This document shows, piece by piece, positions 9,067 through 16,057 of a stretch of 43,028 nucleotides of DNA (positions are counted from its first letter, which is position 1; each line of letters starts with the position of its first letter). The stretch is taken from UHGV virus genome UHGV-1854010; one strand, given 5' to 3'. Source of the DNA: a virus. The notes under the pieces are model-generated. The model saw nothing but the letters and a program-made list of their open reading frames with translations. It ran no database searches and was not told the origin of the DNA. The position numbers were made by a program, and so were the translations under genes.

Positions 9067-9098
9067 TATGAAAAACAATAAAGTTCAAAAAAATTAAC
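9061..9098. promoter_or_regulatory. Two degenerate operator copies (GTTCAATATGAAAAAC and GTTCAAAAAAATTAAC) sharing the GTTCAA half-site
   Basis: Same half-site and 16-bp register as the perfect palindrome at 9142..9157. Confidence 0.4.
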
Positions 9099-9105
9099 TT
9101 TTGTA

Positions 9106-9134
9106 TTGACAATGGTTGAAAAGGGTGCTAATAT
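9106..9134 (+). promoter_or_regulatory. Early lytic promoter (PR-like): -35 TTGACA, 17-bp spacer, -10 TAATAT, driving the cro-like gene
   Basis: Consensus sigma-70/sigA hexamers with ideal spacing. It is followed by a palindromic operator at about +1 and RBS aaaggagg before ATG 9174. Confidence 0.7.
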
Positions 9135-9141
9135 ACAAATG

Positions 9142-9157
9142 GTTCAAATATTTGAAC
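9142..9157. promoter_or_regulatory. Operator: perfect 16-bp palindrome GTTCAAATATTTGAAC overlapping the +1 region of the early promoter
   Basis: An exact dyad. Three further copies or half-site variants are nearby (9061, 9083, 9384). Confidence 0.7.
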
Positions 9158-9173
9158 AAGAAAGGAGGATAAA

Positions 9174-9404
9174 ATGGCATTCAATTATGACAAATTAAAA
9201 GGTCGAATAATTGAGAAGTTCGGAACTCAGTACAGATTTGCAGAAGCTATGGAATGGTCAGAAAGAACGCTTTGCTTGAAATTAAGTAGTGAGAGACCGT
9301 GGAAGCAGACAGATATCTGTAAAGCAGTAGAACTTCTAGATTTGGCACAGGAAGACATACCTAAATATTTTTTTAAAGAAAAAGTTCAAAATATTGAACT
9401 TTGA
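9174..9404 (+). CDS. Cro-like small HTH regulator
   Basis: 76 aa. It is the first gene of the rightward early operon, divergent from the repressor, with a strong RBS. Its positional and size profile matches Cro/early regulators of Firmicutes prophages. Confidence 0.55.
   Translation: MAFNYDKLKGRIIEKFGTQYRFAEAMEWSERTLCLKLSSERPWKQTDICKAVELLDLAQEDIPKYFFKEKVQNIEL
9384..9399. promoter_or_regulatory. Operator copy GTTCAAAATATTGAAC at the 3' end of the cro-like gene, 18 bp upstream of the Rha antirepressor start
   Basis: Near-perfect dyad with the same half-sites as 9142..9157. Confidence 0.55.
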
Positions 9405-9416
9405 AAGGATGGTCGA

Positions 9417-10085
9417 ATGACAGAACTCGTATATTTAAAAAATGATGAAGCAGTGTGTGACAGCTTACAGGTGGCGGAGAAGTTTGGAAAGAGACACAGC
9501 AATGTAGTAAGGACAATTGAAACTCTGTTAGGGGGTATGCTCAAAATTGAGGAGACCCAAAAAATGTTTTGGAAGTCGCATTACGTTGAAAAACAGAATG
9601 GACAACGCTATCCAAAGTATATTATGAACCGAGATGGTTTCTCTCTCTTAGTAATGGGTTTCACTGGTAAGAAAGCTCTTGAATGGAAATTGCAGTACAT
9701 CAAAGCATTTAATCAGATGGAAGCACTCATCAAAGAAAAGACAACTCAGACATGGGTAGAAACAAGAAAAGCCGGAAAACTGACCAGAAGAGCAGAGACA
9801 GACACCATTCAGAAGTTAGTGGGATATGCAAAGGGCCAGGGGAGTACACACGCAGAGATGCTTTACATGACCTATTCAAAACTTGCAAATAAGATGGCTG
9901 GAATTGGAAAACGTGATGAAGCAACAGTTATGCAGCTGAACAATCTTTCGTTGATGGAAAACATCATTCTCCATGTGATCGACACTGGAATACTGACTGG
10001 AAAGCATTACAAGGAGATTTATCAGGATTGTAAGAAGAGACTGGAAACCGTGAAGGATCTGGCTTACCTAGAATCTGTTGCGTAG
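9417..10085 (+). CDS. Rha-family phage regulatory protein / antirepressor
   Basis: The N-terminus LVYLKNDEAVCDSLQVAEKFGKRHSNVVRTIETLL matches the Phage_pRha domain. Confidence 0.8.
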   Translation: MTELVYLKNDEAVCDSLQVAEKFGKRHSNVVRTIETLLGGMLKIEETQKMFWKSHYVEKQNGQRYPKYIMNRDGFSLLVMGFTGKKALEWKLQYIKAFNQMEALIKEKTTQTWVETRKAGKLTRRAETDTIQKLVGYAKGQGSTHAEMLYMTYSKLANKMAGIGKRDEATVMQLNNLSLMENIILHVIDTGILTGKHYKEIYQDCKKRLETVKDLAYLESVA

Positions 10086-10141
10086 CCGATTACTTCGGTG
10101 TATCAGTTGAGTATTTTTTGGAGTAGGAGGAGGTAAAGAGG

Positions 10142-10318
10142 ATGAGTAACATTGGCCATGAAGGGAATGATGGCACAACAATGACGCAAGAAGAGCGCAA
10201 CGAATACTTATTAAAATACGAAAACTTCATTCATTGCGCTCGGTGCAAAAATTTAATACACAGTTCAAACAAATATTGTCAATATTGTGGGTGTCCTAAT
10301 GAAAAAGAACGTTTTTGA
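10142..10318 (+). CDS. Small hypothetical protein (58 aa) with a C-terminal CxxC...CxxC zinc-ribbon
   Basis: Strong RBS ggaggaggtaaagaggATG. Not in the ORF track because it is shorter than 60 aa. Its 3' end overlaps the convergent gene 10296..10772. Confidence 0.4.
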   Translation: MSNIGHEGNDGTTMTQEERNEYLLKYENFIHCARCKNLIHSSNKYCQYCGCPNEKERF

Positions 10319-10772
10319 TAGTTTCGCTCAAAACATTTGAAAGTAACTGAAACATAGAATCCTTAACAATTTGACCAGCCTTGCTCATTCCATTACGGTA
10401 ATTCGCAACGGATATAGGAGTTTCTGGCGTATCAACTAATAGATTCGGAATTGCATTTTTAATCAATTCTTTTGTACTAGAGTCAAGTTCTTCGTCAAGA
10501 GATAGAAGTTCGGTAGCGTTGTTCAAGATCTTTTCAGTCCACGGATACGGATTACCGCATGAGTGACAGTATGAAGGTGTAATGTATTGCGACTTATTAA
10601 GAGATAGAACGCCGTCGATCAAATATCTGCCTTGAATATGCTCTCCGCAATTTTGACAATGGGTTATTGTCTCAGCTCCGCATTTTGAGCAGTAAGGTTG
10701 TTTATGGTTTTCTATATTTGTTGTAATCACATGACCGTTTAAGCATATTTGAGCAGTTTTATATATTCCCAT
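10296..10772 (-). CDS. Reverse-oriented zinc-ribbon protein (four Cys pairs; resembles DUF2321-type prophage proteins); moron-like
   Basis: Start chosen at MGIYKTAQICLNGH with RBS aaaggagaacaacaaaATG. Motifs CLNGH, CSKCG, CQNCG and CHSCG are present. The gene is on the opposite strand to the surrounding early operon. Confidence 0.5.
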   Translation of the reverse strand: MGIYKTAQICLNGHVITTNIENHKQPYCSKCGAETITHCQNCGEHIQGRYLIDGVLSLNKSQYITPSYCHSCGNPYPWTEKILNNATELLSLDEELDSSTKELIKNAIPNLLVDTPETPISVANYRNGMSKAGQIVKDSMFQLLSNVLSETIKNVLFH

Positions 10773-10932
10773 TTTGTTGTTCTCCTTTCGTAATATTCCG
10801 ACTGGCACTCGGTAATTACAGTATAGGAGATAAACCAAAAGAAAGCAATCCCGCCATGGAGGTTGCGATGGCAGCACATATGGATTGTAACACAGACAAC
10901 CAATAATTCATACATAGTAGAGAGGTGGTGAA

Positions 10933-11085
10933 ATGAAAGGAATCGAAGTAGTAAGCATGATCAAGATTAATGGATCCTGGGTAAACCAAGAGGACTTAAG
11001 TAAAGAAGAATTTTCTCAGATTTTGGAGAAAAAATTAGACGAGACAATGAAAAATATAGGATTCGAAAGAAGAAAAACCGCTTAG
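10933..11085 (+). CDS. Small hypothetical phage protein (50 aa)
   Basis: RBS agagaggtggtgaaATG; compact early-region ORF. Confidence 0.35.
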   Translation: MKGIEVVSMIKINGSWVNQEDLSKEEFSQILEKKLDETMKNIGFERRKTA

Positions 11086-11106
11086 GCGGTAGAAGGGAGG
11101 ACAAGC

Positions 11107-11295
11107 ATGGAGATTAAAGGAACTTATCACTGCCAGACCACCCAGCAGCCGAACGCATTAAACGGTTGGGATATCCGGTCTGTATCGGTTGAGCTTCCGG
11201 AAACAAAGGACAAGCACTACTGGAACAAAGTCGCAGCATCTGTGATCGGGGGCGGGCTGGTGGCGATCGGCTGGTGGCTGGTGTTTGGGTATTAA
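11107..11295 (+). CDS. Small hypothetical protein with a C-terminal transmembrane segment
   Basis: RBS gaagggagg; the C-terminus AASVIGGGLVAIGWWLVFGY is hydrophobic. Confidence 0.4.
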   Translation: MEIKGTYHCQTTQQPNALNGWDIRSVSVELPETKDKHYWNKVAASVIGGGLVAIGWWLVFGY

Positions 11296-11389
11296 AAAAG
11301 AACACCCAGAGAGGGACCGGGGGGTTGGTTCTCTCTAAGCGCTCAAGCAACTATAATTTTATATTAACAGATTTTAGGAGAAAGTGCAA

Positions 11390-11542
11390 ATGGAAAGATC
11401 TTGTGATAATTGTGCAAATCTCTGTCCGATAGGAGAGGGAGACCACATATGCGAAGAAAAACCAGGAGTATTGGTATTGGAAGAGTATTTACCCACAGAT
11501 GACTATCTTTGGTGTAACGGAGATTGTTGGAGGAACAGATAA
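11390..11542 (+). CDS. Small Cys-rich hypothetical protein (50 aa)
   Basis: RBS aggagaaagtgcaaATG. Seven Cys in CDNCANLCP...HICEE...WCNGDCW. The stop codon abuts the next start. Confidence 0.35.
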   Translation: MERSCDNCANLCPIGEGDHICEEKPGVLVLEEYLPTDDYLWCNGDCWRNR

Positions 11543-11776
11543 ATGACAGCGAGAAATTTTGAGATAAAAGAAACGATGCTTGCTCTTCCCCAAAAGAGCG
11601 AAACGGATATTTACCACATAGAGCTAAACCGCATCAGCTGGTTTGGGAAAGAGGACAAGTTGGATATCCGCGGATGGTCAGAAGACCATTCAAAAATGAC
11701 AAAAGGAATCAGCCTCACAGAGGATGAATTCATAAAAATAGCCCGTGCAGGCTTAGAAAAAACAGGAGGTATTTAA
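11543..11776 (+). CDS. YdbC/PC4-like putative ssDNA-binding protein
   Basis: The motif DIRGWSEDHSKMTKGISLTEDEF resembles the conserved DIR.WspDH.KMgKGItL core of bacterial PC4-like YdbC proteins. Assignment is from memory of that family. Confidence 0.4.
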   Translation: MTARNFEIKETMLALPQKSETDIYHIELNRISWFGKEDKLDIRGWSEDHSKMTKGISLTEDEFIKIARAGLEKTGGI

Positions 11777-11777
11777 A

Positions 11778-12215
11778 ATGGCACAGATTACACTTACATT
11801 TGATAGTTATGAGGAACTGGTTTCTTTTTCAGAGAAACTGTTATCCAAAGAGGGGGGTATGGAAACCCCTGTAGCCAGCAAAACCGTTCCGGACGTTGAG
11901 CCTCAACAAGCAGTTTCCTATGGACAGCAGATTGCACCGCATTTTCCAGAGGCGAACACATCGGTACAGCCAAAACAGCCAGAGCAGAATCAAGTAATTC
12001 AGAATACCACGCCGGTCCCGTCGATTCCTATAGCTGCGCCGACGTATACAAGGGAAGATCTGTCAAAAGCTGCCATGTCTTTAATGGACAAAGGGATGCA
12101 GGCACAGCTGCAGCAGCTGATCCAGAGTTTCGGGGTATCCTCTCTTGTGGAACTACCAGCAGAACAGTACGGAAGCTTTGCAACGGCGATTCGGGAAATG
12201 GGGGCTCAGATCTAA
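11778..12215 (+). CDS. Hypothetical phage protein (Pro/Gln-rich linker, conserved C-terminal domain)
   Basis: Translationally coupled to its neighbours; precedes the DUF2800 nuclease as in related replication modules. Confidence 0.4.
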   Translation: MAQITLTFDSYEELVSFSEKLLSKEGGMETPVASKTVPDVEPQQAVSYGQQIAPHFPEANTSVQPKQPEQNQVIQNTTPVPSIPIAAPTYTREDLSKAAMSLMDKGMQAQLQQLIQSFGVSSLVELPAEQYGSFATAIREMGAQI

Positions 12216-12216
12216 T

Positions 12217-13395
12217 ATGGCACATGAAGAGAGAAACCATGCTCTGTTAAGTGCATCTTCGGCTCACAGATGGCTGGCGTGTACCCCAAGTGCACGGTTG
12301 GAGGAACAATTTCCGGATACTGCTTCTGAGGCTGCAAAAGAGGGGACACTGGCGCATGAACTTGCAGAGCTGAAGGTAAGGAACTATTTTAAGCCACATG
12401 ATGTGTCTAAAAGAAAGCTGACTTTTGCAATCAAAAAAATGAAAGAGAACCCGTTGTGGGATGACGAAATGTTGGAGCATACGGACACATACATTGACTA
12501 TATTCGGGATGTGTCCATTAAGCTCCCAACAGATCCGTATGTGGAAGTAGAAAAACAAGTCCGGTTCGACTCCTATGTACCAGAGGGGTTCGGTACTGCA
12601 GACTGCATCATGATTCAGGGAGAAACCCTGTTTGTGATCGACTTTAAATACGGCAAGGGTGTTCTTGTTTCCGCAGAGGAAAATCCACAGATGATGCTAT
12701 ATGCACTCGGTGCATATGACGCATGTAAGTTATTTTATCCGATTAAACAGATCCGGCTTGCTATCGTGCAGCCGAGGCTGCCAGACGGAATCTCTGAATG
12801 GGGATGTAGTCTGGAACAGCTTTTGGAATTTGGAGATTATGTGAAGGAAAAGGCTGCGGTTGCATTTAAAGGAGACGGAGAGTTTGTTCCCGGGGAAAAA
12901 CAGTGCAGGTTCTGCCGTGCGAAATCCCAGTGCAGGGCAAGGGCAGAAGAAAATGTGAAGCTGGCTTTTGCAACAGACAAGAAACCGCCATTGATTACAA
13001 ATGAGGAAGTTGGAAGATACCTGGAACAGGGAGAAGATGTTGCAAGATGGCTCAAAGATCTGCAGGAGTTTGCATTGTCAGAATGCCTTGCCGGAAAGAA
13101 GATTCCTGGATGGAAAGCGGTAGAGGGCCGAGGATCCAGAGACTGGACAGATATGGATACGGCATTTGAAAAACTTTTAAAGAGTGGGATTACAGAAGAG
13201 CCGATGCTGTGGGAAAAGAAACCACTGACTTTGGCGCAGGTAGAAAAGCTGATAGGGAAGAAAGATTTTCAGGACGCAGTCGGAGAGTTTGTGGTGAAGA
13301 AGCCAGGGAAACCGACACTTGCAAAAGAGTCAGATAAAAGAGAAACAATTACAAACAAAGTGACAGCCGAAGAGGCATTCAAGGAGGAAAACTAA
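12217..13395 (+). CDS. DUF2800-family PD-(D/E)XK nuclease (Cas4-like, with C-terminal Cys cluster)
   Basis: The N-terminus MAHEERNHALLSASSAHRWLACTPS is the hallmark of DUF2800. A CRFCRAKSQCRARAEE Cys cluster is present. The start was moved to 12217, immediately after the previous stop. Confidence 0.7.
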   Translation: MAHEERNHALLSASSAHRWLACTPSARLEEQFPDTASEAAKEGTLAHELAELKVRNYFKPHDVSKRKLTFAIKKMKENPLWDDEMLEHTDTYIDYIRDVSIKLPTDPYVEVEKQVRFDSYVPEGFGTADCIMIQGETLFVIDFKYGKGVLVSAEENPQMMLYALGAYDACKLFYPIKQIRLAIVQPRLPDGISEWGCSLEQLLEFGDYVKEKAAVAFKGDGEFVPGEKQCRFCRAKSQCRARAEENVKLAFATDKKPPLITNEEVGRYLEQGEDVARWLKDLQEFALSECLAGKKIPGWKAVEGRGSRDWTDMDTAFEKLLKSGITEEPMLWEKKPLTLAQVEKLIGKKDFQDAVGEFVVKKPGKPTLAKESDKRETITNKVTAEEAFKEEN

Positions 13396-13396
13396 T

Positions 13397-14026
13397 ATGA
13401 ACGAATTAACAAACGTAACAACAGGAAAAGCAAGATTATCTTATGTACACTTATTTAAACCTTATGCGGCTACACCGGGACAGGAAGAAAAATTCAGTGT
13501 TACCGTGTTAGTGCCGAAATCCGATGTGGATACTATGAACCGGATCAATGCAGCTATTGAAGCCGCGAAGCAGAGGGGAACAGCGGAAAAATGGAACGGT
13601 GTATGCCCACCTGTGGTGTCAACACCAGTTCATGACGGGGATGGTGTGCGTCCGTCAGATGGGATGCCATTTGGGGCAGAATGTAAAGGACACTGGGTGT
13701 TCACGGCAAGTGCAAAAGCAGATTATCCACCGGAGGTGGTAGACGTAAACATGAATCCGATTATTAACCAGTCTGAGATTTACAGTGGGATTTATGCGAG
13801 AGTAAATGTGAACTTCTTTCCATATTCTTTCGGGGGAAAGAAAGGAATTGGATGTGGCCTGGGTCCGGTCATGAAATTGGAAGACGGAGAATCCCTGGGA
13901 GGAAGTGCGCCGACAGCGGCACAGGCGTTTGGTGCAATGCCCCAGCCAGTCAATCCAACACCACAGTACAGGAACGCACCGCAGAATGTACAGGCAATCA
14001 ATCCGATCACAGGGATGCCGATGTAA
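13397..14026 (+). CDS. DUF2815-family protein (ssDNA-binding/annealing-like partner in this replication module)
   Basis: The N-terminus TGKARLSYVHLFKPYA follows the DUF2815 pattern. The conserved order is DUF2800-DUF2815-PolA-primase. Confidence 0.65.
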   Translation: MNELTNVTTGKARLSYVHLFKPYAATPGQEEKFSVTVLVPKSDVDTMNRINAAIEAAKQRGTAEKWNGVCPPVVSTPVHDGDGVRPSDGMPFGAECKGHWVFTASAKADYPPEVVDVNMNPIINQSEIYSGIYARVNVNFFPYSFGGKKGIGCGLGPVMKLEDGESLGGSAPTAAQAFGAMPQPVNPTPQYRNAPQNVQAINPITGMPM

Positions 14027-14069
14027 TCAAGAGGGGCTTTAGCCCCTCCTTTTAACAGGAGACGTAATT

Positions 14070-16046
14070 ATGCAACACCATTTATCTATAGATATTGAGA
14101 CAAAAAGCAGTGTGGACATCACAAAAGCGGGAGCTTACAGATATGCACAGTCCGAAGATTTTGAAATTCTTTTGTTTGCCTATAAATATGATGAAGAGGA
14201 TGTACAGCTTGTAGATCTTACCGTAGAAGAACGTATTCCAGAACGGATTTTGACCGCTCTTATGAATCCTAATGTGGTCAAGCACGCATATAATGCGGCA
14301 TTTGAGTGGTACTGTTTGAATACTGCAGGGTATCGTACTCCTTTGGAACAGTGGAACTGTACGATGATCCATGGACTGTATTGCGGGTACACTGCAGGGT
14401 TGGATGCAACAGGAAAGGCAATAGGCCTTCCGCAGGATAAGCAGAAGCTTTCCACAGGAAAGGCTTTGATCCGATATTTTTGTACTCCTTGTAAACCGAC
14501 AAAAAGTAACGGCGGCAGGAGCTGGAATCTTCCGAAGCACGCTCCGGAAAAGTGGGAGCTGTTCAGGGAATATTGTAAACAAGACGTTGTCACTGAGAAT
14601 GAAATCCTAAAAAGGTTGCAGGCGTTTCCAGTTCCGAAAGAAGAACAGAGATTGTGGAGGATGGATATCTTGATGAATGCGTATGGAGTTCGGGTAGATA
14701 CAAATCTGATCGCAGGGGCTTTGGCAATTGATTCTCATAGCACGGAGTGCCTGACAGCAGAAGCATTCAGGATTACCGGTCTTTCCAACCCGAATAGCGC
14801 AACACAGTTGCAACAGTGGTTGTCCGGAAAGGGTGTGGATATTCCAAACCTGCAAAAAGCAACAGTAGAAGAATACTTACAGCGGGAAGATCTTCCGGAT
14901 GATGCGAGAAAGATTTTGGAAATTCGTCAGCAGTTAGGGAAAACATCTATTAAGAAATATGTTGCCATGGATACCGCAAAGGGAGCGGATGATCGTGTAC
15001 GCGGACTGACACAGTTTTATGGTGCGAATCGGACCGGGCGTTGGGCAGGAAGGCTTGTACAGTTGCAGAATCTTCCGAGGAATTATTTAAAGACCCTGGA
15101 TTATGCCAGAAACCTTGTAAAAGATAAAAACTATGACGGGATTAAGCTGCTATACGGGAATGTTCCGGATACTCTGTCGCAGCTGATCAGAACAGCGTTC
15201 ATCCCCTCAGATGGGAATAAATTCGTTGTGGCTGACTTTTCTGCCATTGAAGCTCGTGTGATCGCGTGGCTGGCGGGAGAACAGTGGGTAAATGAAGTAT
15301 TTGCTACACATGGAAAGATCTATGAAGCAACAGCATCTCAGATGTTCCATGTTCCGATTGAAAAGATTGCAAAAGGAAATCCGGAATACAGCCTGCGGCA
15401 GAAAGGAAAAGTTGCCACGCTTGCGTTAGGGTATCAGGGTGGAACAGCAGCCTTAATTGCCATGGGAGCATTGAATATGGGACTGGCGGAAGAGGAACTT
15501 CCCGATATTGTACAGAGATGGCGGAGCGCAAATCCGCGGATCAGAGACTTGTGGTATGCAGTGGAGCAGGCGGCCCTTACTACGATGCAGACGGCACAGC
15601 CACAGGGTATCTACGGTTTGATTTTCCGGTACGAGGGGGATCTGGTATACGGACAGTCATTTTTGACAGTGCAGCTTCCAAGCGGGAGAAAGCTGTTCTA
15701 CCCGAAACCATTTCTGCAGGAGAATCAGTTTGGGAAGATGGCAATCCACTATTACACGGTCGGGCAACAGACAAGAAAATGGGAAGTGGCATCCACTTAT
15801 GGGGGAAAGATGACAGAGAATATCGTACAGGCAATCGCACGTGACTGTCTTGCAGAGACTCTAAAAAGAATTGACAGGATGGGGCTGCAGGTCGTGTTTC
15901 ATGTACATGATGAGGTGATCATCGATGCCCCTGTATCAATTACGGTGGATGAAATCTGTGATCTGATGGCAGAGCCGATACCTTGGGCACCTGGACTGAT
16001 CTTAAAAGGTGCTGGATTTGAGAGTGACTATTACATGAAAGACTAG
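14070..16046 (+). CDS. Family-A DNA polymerase (phage type, with 3'-5' exonuclease motif, no 5' nuclease domain)
   Basis: Exo motif DIETKS at the N-terminus; motif-B-like RQKGKVATLALGYQGG; motif C VVFHVHDEVIID. Confidence 0.85.
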   Translation: MQHHLSIDIETKSSVDITKAGAYRYAQSEDFEILLFAYKYDEEDVQLVDLTVEERIPERILTALMNPNVVKHAYNAAFEWYCLNTAGYRTPLEQWNCTMIHGLYCGYTAGLDATGKAIGLPQDKQKLSTGKALIRYFCTPCKPTKSNGGRSWNLPKHAPEKWELFREYCKQDVVTENEILKRLQAFPVPKEEQRLWRMDILMNAYGVRVDTNLIAGALAIDSHSTECLTAEAFRITGLSNPNSATQLQQWLSGKGVDIPNLQKATVEEYLQREDLPDDARKILEIRQQLGKTSIKKYVAMDTAKGADDRVRGLTQFYGANRTGRWAGRLVQLQNLPRNYLKTLDYARNLVKDKNYDGIKLLYGNVPDTLSQLIRTAFIPSDGNKFVVADFSAIEARVIAWLAGEQWVNEVFATHGKIYEATASQMFHVPIEKIAKGNPEYSLRQKGKVATLALGYQGGTAALIAMGALNMGLAEEELPDIVQRWRSANPRIRDLWYAVEQAALTTMQTAQPQGIYGLIFRYEGDLVYGQSFLTVQLPSGRKLFYPKPFLQENQFGKMAIHYYTVGQQTRKWEVASTYGGKMTENIVQAIARDCLAETLKRIDRMGLQVVFHVHDEVIIDAPVSITVDEICDLMAEPIPWAPGLILKGAGFESDYYMKD

Positions 16047-16057
16047 GAGGAGTTGAA

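Noticed and set aside
9061-9399. Repeated 16-bp palindromes considered as a possible CRISPR array
   Set aside because: Only 4 copies, with irregular spacing, and they lie in a promoter/operator context with a divergent repressor and cro. They are operator sites, not CRISPR repeats. No CRISPR array is present anywhere in the window.
12145-12216. Longer start (12145) for the DUF2800 nuclease
   Set aside because: It overlaps the upstream gene in another frame. ATG 12217 immediately follows the upstream stop and gives the conserved MAHEERNHALLSASSAHRW N-terminus.
14082-14855. Several minus-strand ORFs (74-166 aa) inside the DNA polymerase gene
   Set aside because: Antisense to a clearly conserved polymerase frame; no signals or domains.
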